Assembly (NCBI GenBank): GCA_010909165.1
Contig: MU008156.1
Location: 973,768-1,037,767 of the forward strand
Origin: Anthoceros angustus
Taxonomy: Eukaryota; Plantae; Anthocerotophyta
Direction: 5' to 3'
DNA: 64,000 bases
Shown here: positions 12,995-26,322 of the stretch, piece by piece
Layout of the letters: every line of letters starts with the position of its first letter
Numbering within the stretch: position 1 is the first letter of the stretch
Notes under the pieces: generated by a model
The model's input: the letters and a program-made list of their open reading frames with translations, nothing else
The model's database searches: none
Told to the model about the DNA's origin: nothing
Position numbers and translations under genes: made by a program

Positions 12995-15264
12995 ATGGCG
13001 GGGGTGGAGGTGGCGCATGCCGACGAGGGCTACGCCAACACGGGCGGGCCCAAGCACGGGCCTGTGCTCACCATGATGAGCAAGCGGCTGCGGGCGCTGA
13101 AGAAGAAGTACAACCGCATTTTGCAGATAGAAGGCAACAAGTTGGCGGGCAAGGCGGTGAACAAGGAGCAGGAGGACGTGCTCAAGACCAAGATTGCCAT
13201 CGCGGCGTTGATAGACGAGTACGAGAAACTGCAACTGCCGCTGCAGCAGGCGGTGAAGGAGGAGGTGGCGGAGCGGGAGAAGGAGTTGATGACGGCCACG
13301 CTGGAGCGGCGGGACGAGGAGGAGAGCGTGGCGGATGAGAAAGAAGCGGGAGCCGTCGGGGAGGAGCGCAAGAAGGAGGAGGTGGTGAATGCCAATTCGG
13401 CGCGGGAGGCGGGTTCGGAGGCGGAGCCTGTGGCCGCCGCGGTTCAGGACGGGGATGTCGGCGGGGAGGGGAAGGAGGAGGCGCACCCCGCAGAGCCGGA
13501 GGAGGAGCCCGCGCTGGTGCGGGACTCGCTGGCCGCGGAGGAGAGCGGGCTCAGGGACTACCAGTCCGACCAGAGCTTGAAAGAGGGCCCGTTCAAGGAC
13601 GGGCTCTCGTATAATCAGATTGGGGATCTGTTGAAGCTGCTTTACTTCGCGCAGCTTTTCGACGTCCGCTCGCAGGGGGAGGCGCCGTCTTTCGTCTGGA
13701 CCAGAGTGCATGAGAGAAGCTCCTGCCTGTCGTACGATTTTGTGACTGACGATTCCACGTCGCCGTTGCTGGAGAAGGACCTGGATGCGTTGTCTCTGTT
13801 CGGGTCCTTGCTGGTGTCCCGGCCCCCGAATGTCACGCTCTCGCATAAGGAGGCGCTGGAGCGGTGCATCCATCACGCGCAGCAGTGGCTTGCCTGCTCG
13901 GAGGATGTTATCCAGGACAGCCTTAATGTTTCTTGTATCCTCCTCTGTTGTTAATGCTGTGTTTTTTTTCTTGTTTTCTCTTGTAAATGATGCTGCTTGG
14001 TTGTGTGCGTGGCTTCCGTTTGTGGATGGTTCTGCTTAACTCTCTAGGTCAGATTCTCGTTTAAGGGATCGGCTGAACAGGATACTTTCGTCCGAGTACT
14101 TCACCATGACTCCAGAGCTTCAAACTGTGAGCCAGCAAACAGCTGCCGCAGCAGCCACTGCTGCCGGCCAATATGTCACAAAGTTGGTGCATGAAGGCTC
14201 TGTCGGAAGCATTGGTGATGTTGAAGATGGCCCAGGTTATTTCACGCATCAGGTATGGCTTCTCTGCTTTTTTCGTGTACTGACCTTGAAGTCAATCCAT
14301 CTGACGCTTGCTGGACCCTGCTGGTACTGAAGGGGCAACTTGTTCTGCAGGATCAGGCTCAGCAGCAATTTTATCAACCGAGGGCTGACTTCGTTCCTCC
14401 ACCTCAATTAGCTGGTGCCAATGGACTACCTGTGGGGCATGTTATAGCCGCAAATGGCTCCTTTGTTCCTGAGAGCCAGGCCATTGCTGTGGATATACCT
14501 CAGGTCTGGCTTTACCAAGGCCTTTTTAGATGACTGTTTCCGCTCTGGCTACTTGTGAACTGAGGACACTGTTTCAGCGTGGCTCTAGGCTGCTTGTATC
14601 CAATGCTGCGTTTGCTACAAGCTGCTGACCCAACTTTGTGTGATTGAGTTGTTTTTTGATGGACAATGTTGTCTTGGTTGTTGTGAAATGACTTTGGTTG
14701 CTATTGAGACATGGATCCAGCAGGCCCCTGTATCTGAAATGTCTGGGTCTGTCCGTTTTTTTGGTACTTTTCCCTTCTGACCTGCTTTCCGTGCCTGCTG
14801 GAGTGTCTGTGGAACAGTTTGGCAGTCATGAGGATGTTAGTCAATCGGCCATCAGTCCAGAGGCTGCACTAGATCAAGATCAGGCACAGCTCCCGCAGGC
14901 AGCTCAGCCGCTGCAGACGCACAAAGGTCAGCAGCATCATGGTGGTCCAAGGAATGGTGGAGGCTATCAAGGAGGGCCAAGAGGTGGTCGACATGGTGGC
15001 ATGGGAGGATATGGGATGGGCGGTGGAGGCAGAGGTGGCTATCCAAATGGTGGTCGTGGTGGGAGAGGAAGGGGAGGGGGCTTTCCGAATGGTGGTCGTG
15101 GGGGTTACTATGAGCAGGGCAACTATCAGGGCAGGAACCACTATAACAACGGCGGTAGAGGTGGTCGAGGTGCCAGGGGTCCTGCCGTTTACAATGGGCA
15201 TGGGAACGGTCCTGCACCTTCTCCTGCACCAGCTGCAGCTGATGCTGCAGCAGGATCAGCTTGA
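12995..15264 (+). CDS. Caprin-1-like glycine-rich RGG RNA-binding protein (Arabidopsis At1g27090-like)
   Basis: Motifs: GPVLTMMSKRLRALKKKYNRI, NKEQEDVL, DLLKLLYFAQLFDV, HERSSCLSYDFVTDD and RDRLNRILSSEYF. C-terminal RGG/YGG repeats. The last-exon acceptor is not pinned down. Confidence 0.8.
13935..14052 (+). other. U12-type (minor spliceosome) GT-AG intron
   Basis: Donor is T|GTATCCTC. A CTTAAC branch site lies at 14035-14040, 12 nt before the AG used. Splicing restores ...VS-Y-SRLRDRL. Confidence 0.75.
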
Positions 15265-16591
15265 AGACGCGCCATCTGGCTACCTTCGTATGTGCAAATT
15301 TTGATGTCCGCTGATCCTAGGGTGGGTCTCTGCTCAGAGCTGACGAGGTTCTCACTGTAGAATCTCTGGATAGTCATCAGGTCTTTACTTTTTTGAGGGA
15401 TGCCTGCTTCGATGAAAATCGAAGCTGGGTGGCATTGATTGCTTTACATGGTGATAGTGAAAACATTCGACCTTCTTTTTAGTCATATCCGTATGTGAAG
15501 GGTTCCCTCTCCTGTGTTTCCCGTTTACAGATAGTCATGGAGAGGGTGGTCAATAGACTTCTGTTAGTGTTATTTAATCCGGCTTTTCTGAATTGTAACA
15601 TAACTTCTGCAACAGTCGTGGGAGTTGAGAGTTAGACGCTCAAAATCAGTATTAAAATTTTCCTATTGGGCCCCGAATGGGCTCACAGTTTCTTCCGTCG
15701 AAAATCTTGACTCTCAGTACCATTAGCTGCTGTAACCCCTGATTTCAAATCCTAGTAGGTACTCTTCACAGAAAGGGACTTAAACGTGTGTCGGAGAGAG
15801 GTACTGAAGTGTACAGTAGGCGATTAATGCAGGTCCTTCCCGTTAGCTCAGGGGTAATTCAAGAACGCTTCCTCAGCCACTGCGGGAGACTTTGGTCCAC
15901 CCACCCAGCAGCTCACCTGCCCGATCGTTCAGCTTCTAAGGCCAGCGTCTGCGGAGCACAACTATGGCTCATTGCCCAACACATTACTGTTAAACTTGAA
16001 CCCATGCACATCAGCCAGAAGACACTAAAACACGGATCTGTCAGTGTTTAAACTGAAGCAGTACTTTTAATCATTCCCCTGACTCGTCCCTATGTCGTTC
16101 CCTATATGCCTATATGTATGTCGATCTTGGAAACACATTAGAGAATGCAAACTGTGCACCTTAGAAGCAGCGTTACCCTCGGCAGTCTCGCTGTTACACC
16201 AGATGAGCCCAGTTTGCTTGTAACTAGAAAGAACGTCAATTCCATCCCTCTGAAACCCCAGAGAGCAGAGTTTCTCACCTTAACGAATCAAGCCTAAGAG
16301 AAGAATCCTTGTTGTCTCGGCAATGTACAGTCTTGAATCCTGACCTAAATAAACATATAGAAGGAAAATCTCAACACTACACAACGTAGCTGGTCTAAGA
16401 CTGTCACACACTGCAGGCCCATGACCGACCACTATGCTCATACGCGCAGGGCCCAAGATGGTCAGCAGAAGCTCGTCAAGGGGAAGAACAATATATTGTT
16501 CGTGTGAAAAGACATCATCTTACAGAGTGTGCCATGCTTTGTATCTCATATCTCGAAATCTAACCCAGAGTCGCTTGAGGTGATTTCATGG

Positions 16592-19500
16592 CTATTCACT
16601 GCGCATGGAAGAAACTGACTGCGCTGAAATTGATGCCGTCGGACTAGCCGGATCCCGGTGCAGGCCACCAAGAGGACGACCAGCAAGGAGCCTGGTAATT
16701 GCATCATCAGCTGTGATTTGGAACCAATCGTCCTCAGGTAGCACACTGATTCACAGCCGGAGCACAATGTCAGAAAGACTGCATTGATGTGCTCCCACAA
16801 ACTTGTCAGCAACATAACAACAGATCTGTTTGCTCATTCCATTTCTCTTACCTATTCGGATCCATTCCTGTCGTGGCAAATGCATTCACTGCACGCGATA
16901 TGATGTCAGATACAACTTGCCGCATGTGTCGGGAAGAATACTTTCCATGAGTTGCAATTTGGATGACAAATTGCATATCCAGCACAAACTGTGGTTCACA
17001 CAGGTGCTAACGTCAGCTCTGCCAAAATTTTAGTCGGCTGCATACCACAATTGCTGAGAGCTAGCTATTTTCACTGGGAAAGAGAAAGTCGGCTTACTTG
17101 CTGCAAGCCGATAGGACCTAAACCTTTGGAGCCCTCCTCAATGGCCTCCCAAAAATCTAAGTCATCTGACAGCCATATAACCACCGTTTCTAGCAGCCTC
17201 ATCAATAGTAGTGTCACCACTCGATCCCTTCCAGCAAGAACATCTGTAGCAGTTTGAGCTACTGAAGTCAATTTGGCAAAGAGAGCCTGCAACATTTTCA
17301 CTTTGTTATCTCATGCTTCTAGTGTCATTCAATTCGTTGAGCTTCAAACTCCCTGACATCACAGTGAAGCTCATCTGAAATGGTTAGAACAAACCTGAAA
17401 AGGCTTCGACGGCAACGGATCATTAGCCCATTCAGCATCTCCACCATTTGCATCTAAGCTTATGTACGTCTCTGCGACCAGCTGGGCATCAGGATCTTCA
17501 GAATAGAAGACAAGTTCAAAGAACTGCTGCCTACAATAGTAATCTCTCAGCTTATCCACAGCTCGCTGCAACCGTCTCCTCCAATCCTTTTGTTCTGGTA
17601 GTCTTGCAGCAAGAGCACTGCCTTGCCTTTCAGACCCTCTTCGTCCTCTTGGCTCTTCTTTACTAGGTTGGTACCCAGGAGCAAGTTTCATTGCAGCTCG
17701 TGGCAGCAGCTCATCGGCCAGGGCAGCAGCATTGCCAAGTAGGGCTACCTGTTGAGCTTCAGTTTGGGCGATTCGAACATTTCTGGCATCGAGGTCCTCA
17801 TTCTCAACTCCATCTTCAACTTCAGGTGCCAATGGTACAGCTTTCATAAGCATACCAATGTATTTCTCAAATAGTTGGGCAAGACCATCCAAAGTGGGTC
17901 CGCCAAGTTGCATACTTATCAAAGGAGCTACATCTTCCAGAAAATCCTGTGCAGTCTCAGGGGAGAGAAGTTAGCTCACGAGAATCCTTGGGGAAAGAAA
18001 CCACAACAGCACATCACAGGAGATTTATTTGTACCTGCACCATCGTATTAAACCTATGTGCACTGCTTGAAAGTTTCAGATTAGCCACAGACCCGACAGA
18101 TACACCAGGTCGGTTGGTACCACGTCCAGTGCTTGGAGAGAGAGTAAGCTGCCAGTCATCAGCAGCGGCGAGTGCTGCAACACTCTCCTCTATGCGCCTA
18201 AGATTGGCCTCCAACGCCTGTTCAACACTTGGACGCACAAGCTTAGACAAAACAGGACACAATGCTAAGCCCTGCTCCTCCAATAATGCACAGTGCCCTA
18301 GGGCAATTTGCACACACTCTGCGGCAGCCCGAAGCCCTCCTGCTGCTGCTGATGAGGACAAGACATGCTTCTTCACCAACATTGCAAAATTCTCTGTCTC
18401 ATTACGAGACCACAAAACAAGCTCTGATGCATAATCAGGCTGCTCACCAAAGACAGCCACAGAATCTCTTGCTGCTTGAGCAATGGCAGAGAACACCATT
18501 TGAGACAATGCTGCAGTGTACGCCCCACCATATGAAGTTCCCGTGGGTCGGAGGGCCCGAATATTATGTTGCAACCGCTCATGGTGAGAATTTAATAACA
18601 AAGTATGAGCCCTGGGTCCATCCCCCAGCCTGTCTAGAGCTGCAATTGCACCACGAAGTTCAGATCCCCGGACAGATGGCTGTTGTGCAGCCTCTGCAAG
18701 CTGCTCTGACAGCCTCGCTCTGCGCTCAGTCAAGGCTTCTCGGAGATTGGCTGATGCTCGGGCCCTCCTCTCATCCCTATCAGGATCTCCAACATCCAAA
18801 ACCAGCTTCTCACCTTCATCAAGAGTAGCCAGTGCCTGCTCCACCTTCCTTTCAGCCAAGAGAACATCCAACAAGTCGGGGATAGCCTCAGCACGTCTCT
18901 CAAAGTCTGTTGGTGAGAGGTCATCTAGCCCATCCGGAGAGTCACCAAGGCTCCCTGCATTGTTTGGAAGGGAAGGTACCCCCCCTTCTGCCAAACCCTG
19001 AATGAGAGCTGCCTGTGATGACAGAAGATTTCGCATAGCCACAAGTTCACCTTCCAAATCAGAAATTTCTCGAGATGTCCTGGTGAATAGGGCAAGCCAC
19101 ATGATCCATTAGACACGTTCAGGTTGGAGGTGTAACTCGGTGCACCTCTCACATGCCACCTGACGCTGGACGGGAACAGTTCCTGCTCTCAGAATCTCAT
19201 TTCAAATCAGGGGTGCTAAGAACGTTGCAAGCTTCCAGTTTCCCAGTGTGGCTTAGAGACGAAAAGAAGAGACGAGAGTACATCAGCATCAACCTGGGCA
19301 TGCTTGAAGTCCAAGCCAGTGATACCTGATGAAAGCCGAGTAGTTCGCATAGACACTCTTCCGCATTTCCTCTGCTGATGCCTTCTTCAAATCCAGAAGC
19401 TCGGAGCATAACCGACGAATTCCCTGCAGCAACCCCGGCATGGTGATGCTAAGAAACAGCAAAGACTTCCTATACAGAGAAGTAAGAAACAAAGACTTGG

Positions 19501-19751
19501 ATCCAATTTGCCTTTCCTACAGAACATCCCACCAATCATACAAGGTCCAAAGAAGTGGAGAAAGGTCATTGCACCTTTTCGCTCATGGATTGACACTTCG
19601 ACTGCACATAGGCAGATGCATCAAAAGTTTCCGACTCAAAAACCGACAGCTCCTCAGTAAGAACTCCATCCAGCCCAGCAGACCCGTTTGACATCAAGGA
19701 GCCTGACACATTGCCGGTCCTCGAACGGACAGACGGCTTCAACGACCCCAT
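16592..19751 (-). CDS. EXO84: Exocyst subunit EXO84 (EXO84b-like), multi-exon
   Basis: Motifs: FDASAYVQSKCQSMSEK, LLDLKKASAEEMRKSVYANYSAFIR, TSREISDLEGEL, LKLSSSAHRFN and QQFFELVF. The C-terminus is VLPEDDWF...SPTASISAQSVSSMRSE* with the stop at 16592. Confidence 0.93.
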
Positions 19752-20795
19752 GTCTCCCACTTAGAGTATACTAATCCGCTTGCAAATATCGAACAGCAGG
19801 AGGCATCTAATCCGGCAACTTGTCAATGCACATGCTCCAGAACTAGACAGCGCGATGTGAGTACTCCTTCAGCGGAATTTGACGATACAATCGGCACCCT
19901 GCTTCCTTCCTGTATGTAGCAACCTTCCAGCTGGTCTGCATCATCCACTTCCCCAGATCCAAACCCTGGACTCCAGAATCTGGTGCAGGAGCTCCGTTCA
20001 GCTTCCCTAAACTGCATGCAACACTCGGCGAGAAGATCCTTTCTGGTTATCGAACTGTAGATCGGCCTCCGGTGATCGGAATCAAGTCACCGTCCGGTCG
20101 TTTCGGAGTTACCTCCCGCTTCGCAGAATCACTGGTGTTGCCGCAGATCAGCCCCTGCAACAACAATTTCCGAGTTGCACGTTTTCTTTACCGACTCTGA
20201 CCGAGCAGGAACGCAAACCTCATCCATTCACAGCAGAAACATCTACCGTGGAAGCCTTGCCTGCGTCGATAGGAATCCGCAGAGTAAAAACTATTCTTGA
20301 CGATCAGAAAAAGCTTCCGGGGGCTTCAGGGGGTTTTTTTTATCGGTCGGACTGACATGCCACGGAAAGCCACGCTTGGGAGAAGGCCAGGAGGACCTGT
20401 TTCAGAGAAGGCGAGGAGGGAGTCGTGAACGAATCTAGGTCTTTCTTTGCCTCCTGCTCGCGGCTGGTGTGATCTGACGTTGTGTCACTCTTTTACCAAT
20501 GCTATTGAGATACCCAGACTTGTGGGGTGAGCTGGCAACGGGCATTCTTTTCGTCGTCATGTGCACAGGCTGCTGCGTATTAGAGCTGGAGGGAGTGTGC
20601 TGTGCTACGTCATGGCTAAGCTACTTTGTCTTCTGCCTTCAGGTATGATTGTGTGATTTTGGTGCCGTAGATGAGGGGGTTAGAAAGCTGGTTGAGTGAT
20701 GAGTCCTCTCTGTCGAATGTACAGCTTTCGGGCAGATGATTTTGGAGAGGGCTCGTCATAACCATCCTGGTGGCAGCTTGTATCAGTTGAAGCCT

Positions 20796-22376
20796 ATGAG
20801 CAGTGTGTGCGGACAAGTCAGTCTTAACTGCTCTGCTTCCTCTCATTATGCTCGTTGCAGAGGTCTATCGCCGAGCATTCCTCGCAGGCTTTTCGTGAGT
20901 GCGGCTCCACTGCATTTCTTGGCACGCATCATGGGGTCATCTTTGCCAGCCAACGCTGCTTCGGAGGCAGAACAGGTCCCTTTTTACTATGCCCTCTTTT
21001 CGAGCATTTGAATGATCCATATTGTCGTGAAGTGATGAGGTGGTCGTGACAGTTGTTGTGTTATGCTCAGGTTCTGAAAACAGTGGAATGGCCGGAGGAA
21101 TTTCCTTTCAAGGCTGAAGATTTCCAAAGATATGATGAGTAGGTTTCTGGTTGTTTTCCATCCTCTTGCCGTGAGTTTTTCTTTCCTGTTTCATTTGGAG
21201 CAAAAGTTGATGTGGCAAGCACATTTTGGTGTCCATGTCATGGTAGATGTTATTTTTCATGTCTACACTGTTTTGCCTGTTGTCGTCGGAATGTAGGTCT
21301 GCAGACACACTATTCTACGCTTACCCACGGTTTGTGACACACATCGATGATGCTGCAATCAATGCGCTCACAAAGTACTACAAGTCAGCCCTTCCACCTA
21401 GTAATACTCCTGGTATTGCAATCCTTGACATGTGCAGCAGCTGGGTGAGTAGCGCATCGTGGCATCGGGCATATTTCATTTCGTTGATGAGTTCACAGAG
21501 GCTGCTCTCTCTGTTTGCTTACTGTCCTGGTGGTGGTGCAGATCAGCCATTACCCAAAAAATTACAAGCAGGAGAAGATTGTAGGATTAGGCTTGAACGA
21601 GGATGAGTTGAAGCGCAATCCTGTGAGTTCGTCCTTGGCTTGGAAGTCATATGGCTGACCCCCAGTCGTGCCCCTAGTTGTAGTTGTGAGACGACTGCTA
21701 AGGGATTGCATCGCTGCTTTCCAGGTACTCACCGAGTATGTGGTGCAAGATCTGAACGACAACCCTAAACTTCCGTTCGCTGACAACAGTTTCGACTTCG
21801 TGACTAATGCAGTACGTGCTTGACTTGTCTCCGGGTGCAGCAGCGAGGACCTTTTAAGGGTCCATGCACCGGAGAAGGTTTGATAGGTGTGTTTGTGTTG
21901 AGTGGTTGCAGGTGAGTGTCGACTATTTGTCGAAGCCTCTGGAGATATTCAAAGAGATGCAGCGAATTCTGAAGCCAGGCGGGACTGCCGCAATGAGGTA
22001 GTGGGCCAGACACGGAAATGTGGCGGGTCGTCTTCACATGTTCCCTGCCCCGGTGTGTGGCTGAAGTGTGTGGTTGCATTTTCAGTTTCTCGAACCGATG
22101 CTTCTGGACGAAGGCCATTTCTGTGTGGACTTCAACGGGGGACATTGACCACATCTGGATCGTGGGGTCGTACTTCCACTACAGCGGGGGTTTCGAACCG
22201 CCTCAGGTAGGGTGTAACCCGCCCATAGATTTGGTTGGCGTGCTAACGTGGCGAAACTCAGTACGTAATATGGGTGGCAAATAATGTATCCCGATTTGCA
22301 GGCCCTGGACATCTCGCCTAATCCGGGACGAACCGACCCAATGTACGTAGTGTTCTCCAGGAAACTGAAGGCCTGA
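20796..22376 (+). CDS. Class I SAM-dependent methyltransferase (At4g29590-like, probably plastid-targeted)
   Basis: Motifs: WPEEFPFKAEDFQRYDE, PRFVTHIDD, ILDMCSSW, LTEYVVQDLN, VSVDYLSKP, FSNRCFWTKAI and DISPNPGRTDPMYVV, joined by GT-AG introns. Confidence 0.9.
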
Positions 22377-23296
22377 TCGCAAAACATGTTCACCTCCATG
22401 GCACTCAGGCCAGCGAGTGTTGTCGCACTTGCGCCAGGCGCTGTAGTTGTACTCTAGAGCGGCCGGCTGCAGAAGAGGCGAGGCGGCTGGTGGGAGGCGA
22501 GTGAAGCGGCCTGTAAATTATCACTTTCCTTCGCTTCCAGGCCTCGTGAGCTGCGAGCAAGTCTCCAACCTGTAGCACACAGGTGTTTCACATTCCCTGG
22601 GAGCCAGTGCCTAAAGCTGATATCAGGCCATCATCTACGGACACGCGCGAGGGGCCATGTGGAAGGTCTGGAGCGGGCGAGCGTTGAAGGAGTCGTGGAA
22701 GGGGACGGAAGAAAGTGTCGCGGGCTGCAGGTACGATCTCGGACACTGGGTCGTGGTGAGCCGGACGTGGTCACGCTGTGATTTAAAAGAATAGACTGAC
22801 GGAGCGGAAAGGGCGGATGACATGCTGCGACTGTTTCAGCTTTTGCGACTCTTGAGCGTGATGCCCCTGTCCTATTTGATCGCGTGTGTGTAGGTACAGA
22901 CTGTATCCAGGCGCTTGGGAAGCGTCCAGACTTGAATACTTTTCCTGTCTCCTGTCCTGTCGGAGTTTCATGCATTCACTTTTCCGCCGCTGCGTGAAAC
23001 TCTGGAAGGTCCATCAGTGCCCGTTGCGTCTCTCACGTGCAGACGTCCGGAGACGCGGCACGTCCGCCCCAGACTGCACATTGATTAAGGCGCTTCGGGC
23101 CTGCGAACTTGAACTTGCGATTGCGACTTCGGAGTCCGGACGCCGGGTTTAAATATGCATATGTGTCCAGAAAAAGCTCCTTCACGGAGTCGAGTCAGTT
23201 TGTAAACATATGTACATACAATGTCCAAAGCATGCGCAGCAGATGTGCAGTCTGCAGAGTGACAGAAAGGCCTGTGCGGCGTCGACTCCACTCTTA

Positions 23297-23332
23297 GGGC
23301 TCCTGGGCTCCTGGGCTCCTGGGCTCCTGGGC
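23297..23332. repeat. (GGGCTCCT)4 tandem repeat
   Basis: Seen directly. Confidence 0.9.
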
Positions 23333-23423
23333 GCGGGGCCCACACACTGTGCACAGGTGCATCTTCCAACGGCAGGGGTGACGGGCCGAGGCCCATGAGA
23401 CTGGCCTTTGGAGACGGCTAGGG

Positions 23424-23642
23424 GATGGGAAGGGAAGGGAAGGGAATCGGAATTGTTCCGGCAGTAACAAGCCAGTGATGGAGTCCTGGAGGGAAGGGGA
23501 GGGAAGGGAGGGAAGGGAGGAAGGGAAGGAAGGGAGGAAGGGAGGGAAGGGTAGGGAAGGGAGGGAAGGGAGGAAGGGAGGAAGGGAGGGAAGGGAGGAA
23601 GGAGGGAAGAAGGGAAGAGGAGGGGGAGGAGAGGGGAGGAGA
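23424..23642. repeat. Polypurine (GGGAA/GGAA)n tract
   Basis: About 150 nt (roughly 23490-23642) is almost purely G/A, with a shorter GA run at 23424-23446. Confidence 0.9.
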
Positions 23643-24444
23643 GGTACATCACGCATTGCACATCCCCATAAGTATTGTGTTTCATTGAGGGAAAAAAACG
23701 ATGGGGAAAAACCATCCAGCACGGGACGATGAAGGTGGACCTTGTGCTGCATTCCGACGAGAAGCATCCAAAATGGCTCCAGGCAAACACGGGTGGTTGG
23801 AACTCGGAACGTTGTGCAGCATTAGTATGCTAATGAGAAGCATCCAAGCTGTGCAGAGTTGTAATCCACATCTCCCGGAGCCAGGGGGGAGGACCCACAC
23901 CCCGACCCACATGGGGCGATGCACCCGCATCCGCCGCCGCCTCTGAGAGGAAACTGGAATTCACGCCATGGCGTACTGGCATGCCATATTGAATGTAGGA
24001 ATCAGGATTACGGGATAGGCAGCTGATAATCCCCGACCACACAAAAGGGCCCGGGCCAGGCTTCGTCGGACTCGGAAGCGGGAGCATCTTGAACAGGCCA
24101 TGTTACACAGGCGTGTCGTTTTCCTCGTCGCGCGTAAGAAAAATATCCCCCGACACATACACTGTTACACGACTCAATGATTCATCGGGATTGGAGGCTG
24201 CACCAGGACTGGACACTGTGCACTATTCCCGTGGCCCGCTTCCTGGAACGTCCCAAAAGCGCTACTGCCTTCCACGCTGGTCCCGTCGCAGCCCTGCCTT
24301 CCCGCCTCCCTCGACCTCGAGGGAGAATCGAATGGATCAGCCCGCGCCATGACGCCCCGACCATTGGCCCGCCTTGCGAAGCCTCTGGACTCCAGACCAC
24401 ACACGGTTGGAGCCCGCGGTTAACCTGGGATCAGCGCCAGGGCG

Positions 24445-24460
24445 TATATAAAGACGTCAC
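24445..24460 (+). promoter_or_regulatory. TATA box followed by a GACGTCAC motif (cupin gene 1)
   Basis: tatataaagacgtcac lies ~70 nt upstream of the ATG. The same arrangement, tataagaagacgtcac, occurs at 28053-28068 before cupin gene 2. Confidence 0.55.
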
Positions 24461-24522
24461 CACCTGCCCCAGCTTCAGGCAGCTCTTCTCCTCCCCCGCC
24501 TCGACCGCTCTGCCGCACAGCC

Positions 24523-26079
24523 ATGGCGCGCTCCTCCGGCACGGCCCTGGGCCTGCTCCTTGCCTCCCTGGCCGCCTCCCTGTGCGCAGTCGCCGCCCTC
24601 GACCTCGCGCCCAGCTACGGCCGCCTCACCGTCAACAATGCCGGGGGCCAGGTCGTGGTCTGGGACGGCTACCCCGAGTCCGCGGGATTCAACCTCGCCG
24701 CCTGGGAGCTCACTTTGAACGAGAACAGCATCAACTTCCCCGGCCACCAGGACACCGACTCCATTGCGTACGTGGTGGAAGGTGCGGTGCCTGGCTCGCC
24801 GATTCCGCTTCCGGGGCTTGCCGGTTCCGCAATTCTGGCAGTCGTGTGAGCGGGGGATGTGGGTTGTTGTGTGGCTGCAGGTCAGGCTAAGTACGGGCTC
24901 GTGATCGCCACCGGGAAGCGGGTGGACACGCAGACCGTGAAGGCCGGGGATGTCATCCTGGTGCCCAAGGAGGCCTCCTTCTGGTTCTACAATGACGGCA
25001 AGGGCCCGTTCAAGGTGTGGGGAGGAGGGGATACCTCCAAGAGCCTCAAGCCCGGCCACATTCTGGTGCGCAGTCGCGTCCATTGCGTCGTGCATTTTTG
25101 TCGTGCTTGGGCTCCTCTCCCGCTGCTCCCGCGTTGCGCTGAAACACGTGCCTGTTCTTGCGCAGAGGATTGATCATGTGGGCGCCGGGAGCCTGCTCCA
25201 CGCCTTCTCCAAAGACGTGCTGGCCGCCGGCTTTAACGTGCCTGACGAAATCGCGCTGAGCAAGATTGTGCGCTCGCAGCACGAGATCAGCCTGGCCAAG
25301 CTGGACAGCCCTCTGGACCTCTCCAGCCTGCCCTCCGTCCAGGGCGGTGACCACGTCGAGAAGTGGCCGGGGCAGGTGGTGTTCCCCCTGCTCAGCGAGC
25401 CCCCCCACTTCAGCATCCAGGGCGGAGGTGCTCTCTACAACCTGGTGACGACGTACGGCGAGTACCCCGAGCTCAAGGCTGTGCACCTCGGCATCGAGTA
25501 CGGAGTGCAGGAGCCGGTGAGTGTCTCTCGATTCTGTAAGCCGGCAAGGATGGAATGATGGAGTGTGGCTTCCCTGCGCTCACACCACACTCTTCGATAT
25601 GGCTATGGCAGGGTTCCGTGCAGGGTCCGTTGTGGGCGCCCAACAACCACATGCTCTACTACTTCACGAAGGGAAGCGCGCGCTACCAGATCGTGTCTCC
25701 GGTTCTGAGCGAGCTCCTGGTGGACACTGAGGTGCACCCCGGGCAGGTTGTGGCCATCCCGGCGCAGTACCCCTTCGTCATCATCGCAGGCTCCGAGGGT
25801 GTGGAGTTTTTCACCTTCGCCGATGTCGACACGTGAGTCTCTTCCGCCACAGCCTTCGTGCATTCGAAACAGGTTGGATTGGATGGAATGCTGACAGCTT
25901 CTCCGCTTTGTCCGTGCAGCCCCACCGGCAGCAGCCTGTACGCCGCCTTCCTGGATTTCCCCAAGGAAATCGTGGCTGCTGCATTCAACGTCCCTGTGGA
26001 CGAGGTCTCCTCCTTCGTTGGCAAGCGCGACCACAACATCATCCTCCCTGCTTCCAAGATCATCAAGTCCGTTGTGTAG
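24523..26079 (+). CDS. Secreted 11S globulin/glutelin-like bicupin, copy 1 (5 exons)
   Basis: Exons 24523-24781, 24881-25065, 25166-25516, 25612-25832 and 25920-26079. A signal peptide precedes LDLAPSYG, followed by AYVVEG, KAGDVILVP, FWFYN, LLHAFSKDVLAA and YYFTKGSARYQIV. It resembles the At1g07750-type legumin-like cupins. Confidence 0.88.
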
Positions 26080-26100
26080 GTTCTAGGATCGTAGCCCGCC

Positions 26101-26322
26101 GGGTCTTTGCATCCTAGGTCGGATGCAGCGATTGGTGACACTTGTCTCACACCATCCTGCTGAAGTGCGGAGTCGCAACTGGGATTGAGCCTACTGGCTT
26201 GGCTTACAGAGCTGTCTTCTACTAGCGTGTCTGTTTGGGTCTTTGCATCCTAGGCCGGATGCAGCGATTGGTGATATACGAGATCTCACCAACCTGCTGA
26301 AGTGCGGAGTCGCAACTGGGAT
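26101..26322 (+). promoter_or_regulatory. Two tandem copies (136-bp period) of a structured 3'-UTR element
   Basis: Each copy has a tgcatcc-N6-ggatgca hairpin, a central hairpin, and the invariant ctgctgaagtgcggagtcgcaactgg. Confidence 0.6.

Noticed and set aside
12599-13876. 425-aa minus-strand ORF
   Set aside because: It is an antisense shadow of the caprin-like exon 1.
26101-26322. TPP riboswitch or tRNA identity for the 3'-UTR element
   Set aside because: It lacks the CUGAGA/ACCUGAU TPP core and the tRNA A/B boxes and cloverleaf.
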